Assembly (NCBI GenBank): GCA_041648455.1
Contig: JBAZOZ010000003.1
Coordinates: 1-56,579 of the forward strand
Source: Candidatus Pacearchaeota archaeon
GTDB taxonomy: Archaea; Nanobdellota; Nanobdellia; Pacearchaeales; GW2011-AR1
Direction of reading: 5' to 3'
DNA: 56,579 nucleotides
Position 1 is the first letter of the stretch; each line of letters opens with the position of its first letter. Positions 24,996 through 33,869 of this stretch are shown here, in pieces. The notes beneath the pieces are model-generated. The model saw nothing but the letters and a program-made list of their open reading frames with translations, made no database searches and had not been told where the DNA came from. The position numbers were made by a program, and so were the translations under genes.

Positions 24996-25316
24996 ATGAG
25001 AATGAAAAAGAAAATTAGGGCGAGAATCATTAATAAAAAAAACAGGGAACTAAAAGTTCCTCTCTGGCTTGTCGATGGATTCAACGGACTCCTTGCATTA
25101 ATGATTTATAATTTTATATTATATCTTTCAAAAATTCTGCGTGCCGAAGGAATACTAGGAAAATTAGAAGAATCATCTGGATATTTTTATTTAAACAGCG
25201 CCATAACCTTCGGAGCAACTAAAACATTAATGATATTAATATTAACAGCAGTTATAGGATTAACATTTATTTTAGGAATAATTATAGGTAATTTCGTAAG
25301 AAGACATAGAAATTAA
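24996..25316 (+). CDS. Hypothetical small membrane protein
   Basis: 106 aa with two hydrophobic helices. Confidence 0.4.
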   Translation: MRMKKKIRARIINKKNRELKVPLWLVDGFNGLLALMIYNFILYLSKILRAEGILGKLEESSGYFYLNSAITFGATKTLMILILTAVIGLTFILGIIIGNFVRRHRN

Positions 25317-25621
25317 TTAAATAATTCAGTTCTAATTTTTTCACAGATTTCTAGATAATTTTCCAAAGAACTGGCATCTCCACCATTACATGAAAGTTCG
25401 AATATCTTTGCTCCAATTATCCCTTTTTCTTTTTTTAATCTTTCCTCATCAATATTAATCAACGCATTAACAAAATGATTAAGATTTTCTATTGGAATTA
25501 TTCTTTCTCCCTCAACACGAGCATAAGAAATAGCTCCATCATAGATTGAATAAAGAATTGAACATAACCTTTTTCGTCTGTCCAAAGATAAATCTCCATT
25601 AACACTATCTGAAATAGCCAT
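25313..25621 (-). CDS. Hypothetical protein
   Basis: 102-aa ORF downstream of gyrA, no motif recognised. Confidence 0.4.
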   Translation of the reverse strand: MAISDSVNGDLSLDRRKRLCSILYSIYDGAISYARVEGERIIPIENLNHFVNALINIDEERLKKEKGIIGAKIFELSCNGGDASSLENYLEICEKIRTELFN

Positions 25622-25676
25622 AAGTTAAAAACAACAAATTACTTTTTAAAAATTATTATTCTTCAACAATCACATT

Positions 25677-25745
25677 ATCACGAACTTCTTGTATTTTTTA
25701 GAAGTTTGTGAGACAGAAAATTCAATTTTCATTTTCTGTAGTATC
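25677..25745 (-). repeat. PE palindromic element at the gyrA 3' end (PE-a)
   Basis: Both PE hairpins are present. The last gyrA codons DTTENEN and the TGA stop lie in hairpin 1 and its loop. Confidence 0.8.
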
Positions 25746-28244
25746 AACAACTTTTATCAAATCACTGACATAATCGCCTTGCTGAAGTTTGACAACTCTC
25801 ACGCCCTGCGTCGCTCTTCCCATAACTCTTATATTTTCTAAAGAAGTTCTTATCACCATTCCTTTTGCTGTAGTAATTATTATTCCGTCATCGTCATTTA
25901 CAGAAATTGTTGTAACAACGTCGCCAGTTTTTTCTGTAACCTTGACATTAATCACTCCTTTCCCAGCACGAGCAGTTTTTCTATAATCCTCGACGGCGGT
26001 TCTCTTTCCATATCCATTTTTTGTAATTGTTAAAATTGCCTGCGTGTCTAAAACCTCCAAAGAAACAACTTCATCGTCGAAAACTTTCTTGTTTTCTGTA
26101 TCTTTTCCTAATTTAATTCCAGTAACTCCATAACTCGCTCTCCCCATTTCTCTAATTTCCTCTCCGTTAAATCTGATTGCCTGTCCTTTTTTTGTTGCGA
26201 GTAAAACCTCTTGTCCTTTCTTAATAATCTCCACACCAATAAGAGAATCAGAATTATCGTTTGGAAGATTCATTGCCCTAATTCCAGACGCTCGTGGTTT
26301 TGAAAAATGTTTTAATGAAATCTTTTTAACAATTCCTTTTTTCGTAGTCATAAATAAACTTTCTGTAAAATCCTTTACTGAAATAACATTTGTAATTGCC
26401 TCGTCTTTTAGATTAAGAAGATTAATCATTGCTTTCCCCTTGCTGTATCTTTCAGCCGCGGGAATTTCATATGCTTTAAGCCACAAAACTCTTCCTCTCG
26501 AAGTGAAAAACATCAAATAATCGTGCGTTGAACAAGTAATTAATTGTTTTACAAAATCACCTGTCGCAAGATTACTTCCAACCATTCCTCTTCCTCCTCT
26601 TTTCTGCTCTTTATATAAGGCTGTATCTAATCTTTTGCAATATCCCTTGTCGGTAATTGTCACAACAACTTCTTTTTTCTGTACAAGATCTTTTTCTTTT
26701 ATTTCTTTAATATTCTGCAAGATTGTAGTCCTCCTATTATCTCCATATTTTCTTTTTAATTCAGAAACTTCTTTCACAATAATCTTTAAAACTTCTTGAA
26801 TATCCCCTAAAATTTTTTCAAGCTCTACAATCTTATCTTTAAGTTCTTTATTTTCGCTCTTTAATTTATCTTGTTCTAAAGAAGTTAATTGCTGTAATTT
26901 AGTTTCTAAAATTGCATCAGCTTGTTTTTTTGTGAGTTTGAATTTGCTCATCAAAGCTTCCATCGCCTCCATTTTTCCCTTGGATTTTTTAATACTAGAA
27001 ATAACTTCATCTATATTTTTCAAAGCAATTAAAAGTCCCTCGACAATCTCCAATCTTTCCTGCGCTTTTTTTAATTCGAATTTTGAACGATTAGTAATCA
27101 TTAGTTTTCTATGTCTTACATATTCTTCCAAAACATTTTTCAAACTCAAAATTTTTGGCTGCCCCTTAACTAAAGCAAGAAAATTAACATTAAAACTATC
27201 CTGCAATCTTGTATATTTAAAAAGAGAATTTATAATAAATTTAGAATTCGCATCCCTTCGCAATTCGAGAACAATTCTTATTTTTCCTCTTGAAGATTCA
27301 TCTCTTAAATCAGAAACATCTTTTATTTTCTTATCTTGAATAAGGCCGGCAATTTGTTCCACTAAAGTTGATTTGTTAATCATATAAGGAATTTCTGTAA
27401 TAACAACTAATTCTTTATTATTCAATGATTCAGTTGTAACTTTTCCCCGCATAATTAATTTTCCTCTTCCCGTCTTAAATAAATCAACCATATCTCCGCT
27501 GACACTTCCACCCGTCGGGAAATCCGGGCCTTTAACAATTTCTGCGAGCTGTTCAATTGTAATTTCTGGATTTTTAATATAAGAGATAATTGAATCACAA
27601 ACTTCAGATAAATTATATGGTGGAATATTTGTAGCCATACCGACGGCAATTCCGGTCGCGCCATTCAGCATCAAAGCAGGAAGTTTTCCCGGCAAAAGTT
27701 CAGGCTCGGTTAAAGAATTATCAAAATTTGGAGTAAACTTCACCGTTTCTTTTTCAATATCTTCCAGCAATTCCATAGCAATTGGAAATAATTTCGCCTC
27801 GGTGTAACGATAAGCGGCCGGCGGATCTCCGTCGATAGAACCAAAATTTCCCTGACCGAAAATTAAAGGATATCTTAAAGAAAAATCCTGCGCCATTCTT
27901 ACTAAAGCGTCATAAACTGCAGAATCTCCATGCGGATGAAATTTACCAATAACATCTCCAACAATCCTCGCTGATTTTTTTGTCTGTGTTCCGGGCTTAA
28001 GCCCCATTTGCTGCATTGAATATAAAATTCTTCTCTGAACCGGCTTCATCCCATCTTCAATCGACGGAATCGCCCGAGAAACAATCACAGACATTGCATA
28101 ATCAAGATAAGATTTTTTCATCTCTTCAGAAATCTCTGTATTGATAACTCCTTTCTCAGATTTCATTTCTTCATTTTCTTTTTTGCTTTCCTTTTCTTCT
28201 TCAATCTCGTCAATTTCTTCGTTTTGTTTTTCTTCGTCTACCAA
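25722..28244 (-). CDS. gyrA: DNA gyrase subunit A
   Basis: [37 protein letters not shown] active-site Tyr region, C-terminal repeat domain. TTG start is preceded by AGGAGGAGGAG. Confidence 0.9.
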   Translation of the reverse strand: MVDEEKQNEEIDEIEEEKESKKENEEMKSEKGVINTEISEEMKKSYLDYAMSVIVSRAIPSIEDGMKPVQRRILYSMQQMGLKPGTQTKKSARIVGDVIGKFHPHGDSAVYDALVRMAQDFSLRYPLIFGQGNFGSIDGDPPAAYRYTEAKLFPIAMELLEDIEKETVKFTPNFDNSLTEPELLPGKLPALMLNGATGIAVGMATNIPPYNLSEVCDSIISYIKNPEITIEQLAEIVKGPDFPTGGSVSGDMVDLFKTGRGKLIMRGKVTTESLNNKELVVITEIPYMINKSTLVEQIAGLIQDKKIKDVSDLRDESSRGKIRIVLELRRDANSKFIINSLFKYTRLQDSFNVNFLALVKGQPKILSLKNVLEEYVRHRKLMITNRSKFELKKAQERLEIVEGLLIALKNIDEVISSIKKSKGKMEAMEALMSKFKLTKKQADAILETKLQQLTSLEQDKLKSENKELKDKIVELEKILGDIQEVLKIIVKEVSELKRKYGDNRRTTILQNIKEIKEKDLVQKKEVVVTITDKGYCKRLDTALYKEQKRGGRGMVGSNLATGDFVKQLITCSTHDYLMFFTSRGRVLWLKAYEIPAAERYSKGKAMINLLNLKDEAITNVISVKDFTESLFMTTKKGIVKKISLKHFSKPRASGIRAMNLPNDNSDSLIGVEIIKKGQEVLLATKKGQAIRFNGEEIREMGRASYGVTGIKLGKDTENKKVFDDEVVSLEVLDTQAILTITKNGYGKRTAVEDYRKTARAGKGVINVKVTEKTGDVVTTISVNDDDGIIITTAKGMVIRTSLENIRVMGRATQGVRVVKLQQGDYVSDLIKVVDTTENEN

Positions 28245-28309
28245 TTTCTTGCTCCTCCTCCTGAAATTGGAAGGCTAGAAAATTTCTTATTTTCTTTGTC
28301 GTCAGCCAT
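28238..28309 (-). CDS. Candidate 23-codon upstream ORF overlapping the gyrA start
   Basis: GGAGGT-12 nt-[26 protein letters not shown], with the TAG overlapping TTGGTAG at the gyrA start. Out of frame with gyrA. Confidence 0.3.
   Translation of the reverse strand: MADDKENKKFSSLPISGGGARNW
28241..28297 (-). repeat. PE-related two-hairpin element forming the gyrA leader (PE-b)
   Basis: AGAAAAT-AAGAA-ATTTTCT hairpin, then CCAATTTC-AGGAGGAGGAGCAA-GAAATTGG. The second stem contains the gyrA TTG start and its loop contains the SD-like sequence. Confidence 0.7.
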
Positions 28310-28311
28310 TT

Positions 28312-28443
28312 TTATTTTTTACCTCCCCATTCTAATTTAAATCTTTTAACAAAATCTTCAGTAAATTTATATCTTCCTTTAGCAATTTTTCTTGTATTTT
28401 TTGTTTTGAAAGTTTCAGGTTTTAACTTTAGTATTTTTTCCAT
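28312..28443 (-). CDS. Small basic 43-aa ORF (hypothetical)
   Basis: MEKILKLKPETFKTKNTRKIAKGRYKFTEDFVKRFKLEWGGKK. It fills the gap between the cytidylyltransferase gene and the gyrA leader. Confidence 0.3.
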   Translation of the reverse strand: MEKILKLKPETFKTKNTRKIAKGRYKFTEDFVKRFKLEWGGKK

Positions 28444-28446
28444 TTT

Positions 28447-28923
28447 TTATTCCTGCTCTGCAAGTACGCCTTTCTTTTTCAAAAATTTATCGACTATCTT
28501 TGAAGATGATTGTTTTAATGAAGAATGAATAATAAACTTTCTTGCAAGCGCATCTACAATTTTAATCTTTAATTTTTCACAGATATCTTTTTCAAGAAGA
28601 TGTTGTTTATAATTATCCATTCCAACAGCAAAAACATCCGGTTTTATTCTAGCAAGAGATTTCGACACGCTTCTATCTTTATCTATACTCACAAAAACCT
28701 TATCAACATATTTAATTGATTCTAAAATTATCTTTCTCTCTTTAACGGGCATAAAATAATGTTCTTTTTTTAGCTTGGCTTGCTTGTCATTATTCACAAT
28801 AACAATTAATTTGTCTCCAAGTTTCTTTGCCTCTCTAAGATAATTAATATGCCCTGAATGAATCGGATCAAAATACCCGCTAGCAGCGATGACGATTTGT
28901 TTTTTTGTTTTTTTGGATGTCAT
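28447..28923 (-). CDS. Cytidylyltransferase-family nucleotidyltransferase (TagD / RfaE domain II-like)
   Basis: SGYFDPIHSGHINYLREAKKLGDKLIVIVNND. Confidence 0.65.
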   Translation of the reverse strand: MTSKKTKKQIVIAASGYFDPIHSGHINYLREAKKLGDKLIVIVNNDKQAKLKKEHYFMPVKERKIILESIKYVDKVFVSIDKDRSVSKSLARIKPDVFAVGMDNYKQHLLEKDICEKLKIKIVDALARKFIIHSSLKQSSSKIVDKFLKKKGVLAEQE

Positions 28924-29360
28924 TTTATTTTCATAATCATTTTAATATGTTTAATTCCAACTTCATCAAAAGGTTCATCCTCACTAACAAATCCAAATTT
29001 TTTATAAAAATTTTCTAAATAAGATTGTGCATCAAAATAAATTTCTTTAACATTTTTTGATTTGCAACAGAATATTAAATAATCTAATAATAAATTACCT
29101 AATCCCTTACCTCGATGTTTTTTAACTAATGCAATTCTTTCTAATTTAGCCTTGTCATCAATAAATCTTATTCTTGCGCAACCAACAGGTTCATTCTTAT
29201 AACTAATTAAAATTTGTGTTGCTCCTGAATCATTTCCATCAAAATCTAATTTTTTATTTATCTTTTGTTCTTTTTGAAAAACTTCTTCACGTATTTTAAA
29301 TATCTTTTTCAAACTTTCTTTGTCATTTACTATTCCAATTTCTATTTTCTCCTTCATCAC
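28920..29360 (-). CDS. GNAT family N-acetyltransferase
   Basis: ALVKKHRGKGLGNLLL acetyl-CoA binding motif. 4-nt overlaps on both sides. Confidence 0.7.
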   Translation of the reverse strand: MMKEKIEIGIVNDKESLKKIFKIREEVFQKEQKINKKLDFDGNDSGATQILISYKNEPVGCARIRFIDDKAKLERIALVKKHRGKGLGNLLLDYLIFCCKSKNVKEIYFDAQSYLENFYKKFGFVSEDEPFDEVGIKHIKMIMKIK

Positions 29361-29722
29361 GCTACCTCCTCATCGGAAACTTCTTGATTTCCCCTAGAAG
29401 TTTTCGAGACAGAAAATTTCTTATTTTCTGTATCTTTTTCATCTAAATATTTCATAAATTCATCTTCTGTTAATTCCCTTTCAACAATGTCTTTCCCCTG
29501 CCATTTGCATTTTCTGCATTCCCATTCTTTCGCTCCCTTTCCTTCTTCTCCCGTTAAGACAACACCAACCTCGTCGCTGCCGCACTTTGGACAAATTCTA
29601 AGTCTAAATGTTTTTTCATTTTTGCTTTTTTGCTTTTTTATTCCTTTTGCCTTCTCGTACTCTGCAGGAGAATCGTATCCTTCCAAAATCCATGTAGGCG
29701 TTGAGAGTTTATTTTTTGGCAT
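29357..29722 (-). CDS. Zinc-ribbon protein with PE-encoded C-terminal tail
   Basis: CPKCGS...CRKCKW. The last 25 aa, DTENKKFSVSKTSRGNQEVSDEEVA, come from a PE copy. Confidence 0.55.
   Translation of the reverse strand: MPKNKLSTPTWILEGYDSPAEYEKAKGIKKQKSKNEKTFRLRICPKCGSDEVGVVLTGEEGKGAKEWECRKCKWQGKDIVERELTEDEFMKYLDEKDTENKKFSVSKTSRGNQEVSDEEVA
29372..29434 (-). repeat. PE palindromic element, in-frame copy (PE-c)
   Basis: GAGACAGAAAATTTCTTATTTTCTGTATC on the + strand, plus a diverged hairpin 2. Confidence 0.8.
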
Positions 29723-29724
29723 CT

Positions 29725-30132
29725 TTAATCTAATACCTTAATTTTATTTATTGTTACAACTATTGCACTTTTACAAGGTTCACCCTTATTTATAGGAATT
29801 TTTTTAATTTCTTCCAGCCATTTTCCCGACGTAAATTCTTCTGCTCTCCCCCTAAATTCATAACCAATACAATTTTCTTCCCAATTCCTAGCCCACACAG
29901 CCAATGAAACATTCGGATTTTTCCTAATATTTTCTATAGTTTCAACAAACCAATTATTAGATATGAGCAACTGATTTTTTGATATCACTTTTACAAAACC
30001 AATAGCAATATTATGTGGTTCTTTTTTTTCATTAATCGTCGCTAAAGCTAATGCGTTTTCTTCAATCATTTTTTTCATCCCTTCATTAATCTCTGCTTTT
30101 TTTAATATCGTCCCCATTTTATTTAACCCCAT
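29725..30132 (-). CDS. Pyridoxamine 5'-phosphate oxidase-like FMN-binding split-barrel protein
   Basis: ALATINEKKEPHNIAIGFVKV...NIRKNPNVSLAVW pattern. Confidence 0.5.
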   Translation of the reverse strand: MGLNKMGTILKKAEINEGMKKMIEENALALATINEKKEPHNIAIGFVKVISKNQLLISNNWFVETIENIRKNPNVSLAVWARNWEENCIGYEFRGRAEEFTSGKWLEEIKKIPINKGEPCKSAIVVTINKIKVLD

Positions 30133-30499
30133 ATTTCTTTTTAATTTGTTCTGGAATATTCCCGCTCAATTCTCCTTCAACCCTATAAGAATCAGCTTCG
30201 TCGTGGTGTGTCGAAAGTTCTATAATAAGTGAATCTTCCAATCCTGAAAATCTATGTCTAACCCTTGGTTTAATCCTAATACTTTCATCAGGAACCATAA
30301 TCCGTTCACTATCCCCATATTCCATCAAAACTTTTCCAGACTGAATATAAAATGTTTCATCTTTTTTCTTATGATAATGCAAACTGCATCTCATTCCTTT
30401 TCTCAAGATTAATTTTTTACCGCAATAGTTTTCTGTATTCACCATCCAAATTTCTTCCCCCCAAACCTTTGGAACTGTTTTTGGTTTTAAGTGTTTCAT
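30119..30499 (-). CDS. Cupin-domain protein (mannose-6-phosphate isomerase-like)
   Basis: KVWGEEIW...GKKLILRKGMRCSLHYHKKKDETFYIQSGKV. Confidence 0.6.
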   Translation of the reverse strand: MKHLKPKTVPKVWGEEIWMVNTENYCGKKLILRKGMRCSLHYHKKKDETFYIQSGKVLMEYGDSERIMVPDESIRIKPRVRHRFSGLEDSLIIELSTHHDEADSYRVEGELSGNIPEQIKKKYGVK

Positions 30500-30867
30500 T
30501 TTAAATATCCCATATCCTCTTCAAGAATCTTTATTTGTCTATCTATATTTAATATCATTGCTTCTTGAAATTTTTTCCTATCTCTATAACTATTATTTCC
30601 AACGAATCTATCAGATAATTCACATTTAAAGATAGCCGAAGCAACGTTCGCTCCGAATTCAAATTCATATCCAGCCATCTCAAAATCTCTAAAAGCAACA
30701 TCAACCAATTTTTCTGCTGAATGATAATTTTCAAATAAATTTTCTGGTGTAGAACTCTTAATCATTTCAAGAGAATTAGATTTAGCTAATCTAAATTTTC
30801 TAACATCCGGATTCTCTAATTTTTCAAATCCATTCAAAATTAAATTAATCAAATAAAATCCTATCAT
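30496..30867 (-). CDS. Hypothetical protein
   Basis: 123-aa ORF with 4-nt overlaps to gyrB and the cupin gene. Confidence 0.4.
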   Translation of the reverse strand: MIGFYLINLILNGFEKLENPDVRKFRLAKSNSLEMIKSSTPENLFENYHSAEKLVDVAFRDFEMAGYEFEFGANVASAIFKCELSDRFVGNNSYRDRKKFQEAMILNIDRQIKILEEDMGYLK

Positions 30868-32747
30868 ATATCTAAATTAGCCTCCTTTGCATTTTCCTGT
30901 ATAAATTCTTTTCTTAATTGAACATCGTCGCCCATCAACATTGAAAATGTATGATCTGCTTCAACGGCATCTTCTATATAAATTTTTTTTATTTTTCTCG
31001 TCTTAGGATTCATTGTAGTTTCCCAAAGCTGATTCAAACTCATTTCACCAAGACCCTTGAATCGCGTAACATTTCCGCTCGAAGTTCCTAATTTCTCTAA
31101 AGTTTTTTTTAATTCATTATCTGAATAAACATAATAATCTTTATTTTTTCTGATTCTATATAATGGAGGAACAGCAGCATAAACATTTCCGCCTTCAATC
31201 AAATGAGGCATAAATCTAAAAAAGAAAGTCAGTAAAAGAGTTTTAATATGTTCTCCGTCGACATCTGCATCCGTCATAATTACAATTTTGCTGTATCTCA
31301 ATTTCGAAATGTCAAAATCTTCTCCAACTCCGGTTCCAATCACAGTAATTAAATTTGTAATCTCTTCTGATGAAAGCGCTCTGGCAGGACTTGATTTTTC
31401 AACATTAAGAATTTTCCCTTTCAAGGGCAATATCGCCTGAAACTCTTTGTTACGCGCCTGTTTTGCTGAACCCCCCGCACTTTCTCCTTCGACAAGATAT
31501 AATTCTGTGTCATCAGATTTCTTTTTTGAACAATCTGCAAGTTTTCCAGGCAAACCACCGAGGCCAAATGCATTTTTTCTTCTTACAAGATCTTTTGCTT
31601 TTTTTGCAGCCAATCTCGCGTTGGCAGATTCCAATGATTTAGATGTAATTTTTTTAGCAACAATGGGATTCTCCTCAAAAAACTCAGACAACGCACTCGT
31701 CACGATAGAATCAACAAAACCTTTCATTTCAGAATTTCCAAGTTTAGTTTTTGTCTGCCCCTCAAATTGCGGCTCCGCCATTTTTAAACTAATTACAGCA
31801 GTGATTCCTTCCCTGACATCCTCGCCCATCAAATTTCCATCCTTCAGCAAACCTTTTTTCTTTGCATAATCATTTATTACTCTTGTCAGCGCAGTTTTAA
31901 ATCCAGAAACGTGCGTCCCTCCCTCGACGGTATTAATTGTATTTACAAATCCAAAAATATTTTCCTGATATCCAACATTATATTGTATTGAAATTTCAAC
32001 AACAGAATGATCAATCTCTCTCCTGAAATAAATCGGCTTGTGCAAAACTTCTTTTGACTGATTTATCCATTTTACAAATTCAATCAAACCACCAGAATAA
32101 CAAAATTCTTCTTTCTTGTCCTTCGGTTCATCATACAAAACTATTTTCAACCCGGCATTTAAAAACGCAATTTCTCTAAATCTAATTTCCAATAATTTAT
32201 AATCAAAATCTAAAACTGAAAAAATTTCGGGGTCGGGCCAAAAAATTATTTTAGTCCCCGTTTCATTTTCCTTGCACTTTCCAGCAATTTCTAATTTTGT
32301 CTTCGGATTTCCTCTCGAATATTCCTGATGGTAAATTTTCCCTTCATGTTTTATCTCAACAATTAATTTTTTTGACAAAGCATTTACACAAGACATCCCA
32401 ACACCATGCAATCCTCCAGAAACAGCATAGGATTTTTTGTCAAATTTTCCTCCGGCGTGAAGTTTTGTCATAGCTACTTGAACTGCAGGAACTTTGAATT
32501 GCGGATGAATACCAACGGGAATTCCTCTTCCAATATCTTCAACACTGCAACTTCCATCTTTATTCAAAGAAACTGTTATAAGATCTCCAAAACCAGCCAT
32601 GGCCTCGTCGACAGAATTATCTACTGTCTCGTAAACTAAGTGATGCAATCCATCTTTTCCAGTGCTGCCTACATACATCGCCGGACGTTTTCTAACTCCT
32701 TCAAGACCTTCAAGAACCTTTATTGATTCAGCTTTATATTCTTCCAT
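30864..32747 (-). CDS. gyrB: DNA gyrase subunit B
   Basis: GLHHLVYETVDNSVDEA, LHGVG, EGESAGGSAKQARN, PLKGKILNVE, IMTDADVDGEHI. The ATG at 32747 (GGAG 12 nt upstream) is preferred to the track TTG at 32768. Confidence 0.9.
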   Translation of the reverse strand: MEEYKAESIKVLEGLEGVRKRPAMYVGSTGKDGLHHLVYETVDNSVDEAMAGFGDLITVSLNKDGSCSVEDIGRGIPVGIHPQFKVPAVQVAMTKLHAGGKFDKKSYAVSGGLHGVGMSCVNALSKKLIVEIKHEGKIYHQEYSRGNPKTKLEIAGKCKENETGTKIIFWPDPEIFSVLDFDYKLLEIRFREIAFLNAGLKIVLYDEPKDKKEEFCYSGGLIEFVKWINQSKEVLHKPIYFRREIDHSVVEISIQYNVGYQENIFGFVNTINTVEGGTHVSGFKTALTRVINDYAKKKGLLKDGNLMGEDVREGITAVISLKMAEPQFEGQTKTKLGNSEMKGFVDSIVTSALSEFFEENPIVAKKITSKSLESANARLAAKKAKDLVRRKNAFGLGGLPGKLADCSKKKSDDTELYLVEGESAGGSAKQARNKEFQAILPLKGKILNVEKSSPARALSSEEITNLITVIGTGVGEDFDISKLRYSKIVIMTDADVDGEHIKTLLLTFFFRFMPHLIEGGNVYAAVPPLYRIRKNKDYYVYSDNELKKTLEKLGTSSGNVTRFKGLGEMSLNQLWETTMNPKTRKIKKIYIEDAVEADHTFSMLMGDDVQLRKEFIQENAKEANLDI

Positions 32748-32768
32748 TTGTTTATTATTCTCCTGCAA

Positions 32769-32815
32769 ATGGCAGAGTTAAAAATGCTAATTTTTAAATC
32801 GGATTTTTCTGCCAT
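32769..32815 (-). promoter_or_regulatory. Nested palindrome in the gyrB leader
   Basis: ATGGCAGA/TCTGCCAT (8 bp) encloses TTAAAAA/TTTTTAA (7 bp). It contains the ATG of a 31-codon out-of-frame upstream ORF (MAEKSDLK...). Confidence 0.4.
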
Positions 32816-33149
32816 CTTAAAATTAGTCATCTCCCGATATTTTAGTTTAATATAAATTGATTTTACCGTCGAGAAACGGATAATTAACATAGCAACGCAA
32901 AAATAGTTTAAAAACCTTGCCCCAAGAATTTAATATAATTAAGGCTAGAAAACACCAAATTAAAGAAATAAATCCAAAATCCCCCAATACCAAATAATTT
33001 AAATACAAATATCTTGAAAGAAATATGAAAATACAAAAATTTTTAATTTTTGGTCCTTCCAGATGGAAAACAAAGAAATTTTCCATCCCTAAAAATCGGG
33101 AATATTTTAAGGAAACAAGAAGTTTTAGAAGAAATAGGAAGTTTTTAAT

Positions 33150-33431
33150 ATGAAAAAAATAGCAATAGCACTTTTTATAATTTTATTATTAATTTTATCA
33201 TCTTATTTTTTTCTAAACTCAAGAATAACTGGAAAATCTATTTCTGAAATAAATAACTACCGCACCTTTACAAAAGCAATCTGCAACGAAACAAATTTTT
33301 GCCAAGATTTTATAATTAGTTGTAATGGAAACAAAACTCTCGAAATCAAATCAATAACCGGAGCAGCAGTCCAGCTTCCCTCAAACTGGGAAGACCCGCG
33401 AAACGAAGAGAAAAATAAATTATGCGATTAA
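33150..33431 (+). CDS. Small membrane-anchored Cys-containing protein (hypothetical)
   Basis: N-terminal TM helix and four Cys. Confidence 0.4.
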   Translation: MKKIAIALFIILLLILSSYFFLNSRITGKSISEINNYRTFTKAICNETNFCQDFIISCNGNKTLEIKSITGAAVQLPSNWEDPRNEEKNKLCD

Positions 33432-33835
33432 ACTTCTCCAAGCTCAAACTTTATTTTCTGAACCTTTGATAATTTATCCGTTAATTTTTCTTGTTTCTGT
33501 ACAATTTGTTCTTTAATCGATTTGAACGAGGCTTCTCTCTCAATTAATTTCGCAATTTTCTGTTGAAGAGATTTTTCAGTTTCTCTAGAATTAGAAAGAC
33601 TCTTATCAATATTTCTAATTTCAAAACCAATTGCTTTTTTTTGCCTATTAAGTTCAAGAATTTCTCTGTTAATATCTACTAAAGCTTCCCTTAACATCCC
33701 CCCAGTTCCCATTTTAAGAGAAGAAATTTTCTGTTTTCTCTTCTTAATATTTCTCTTTCCTCTTACAAATCCCTTTTTTTTCTTGGATTCTTTAGAAATT
33801 TTCTTCTTTACTTTCCTCTTTTTTATTCCAAACAT
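33428..33835 (-). CDS. Basic N-terminus plus coiled-coil protein (hypothetical)
   Basis: Lys-rich first 40 aa, then heptad-like sequence. Confidence 0.4.
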   Translation of the reverse strand: MFGIKKRKVKKKISKESKKKKGFVRGKRNIKKRKQKISSLKMGTGGMLREALVDINREILELNRQKKAIGFEIRNIDKSLSNSRETEKSLQQKIAKLIEREASFKSIKEQIVQKQEKLTDKLSKVQKIKFELGEV

Positions 33836-33869
33836 TTTATTATTTAGTAAATTTAATTTATAAAACTTC

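Noticed and set aside
28238-28309. An N-terminal extension of GyrA from the ATG at 28309 via programmed frameshifting
   Set aside because: The upstream ORF is in a different frame, there is no slippery heptamer at the junction, and a TTG with a strong GGAGG run 7 nt upstream gives a simpler start. A sequencing indel cannot be excluded.
32847-33086. A 79-aa minus-strand ORF upstream of gyrB
   Set aside because: The translation is hydrophobic and low-complexity, with no start context (no TATA-like box at -26 and no SD-like sequence). It lies in the gyrB upstream region, so it is probably non-coding, though a small membrane protein cannot be excluded.
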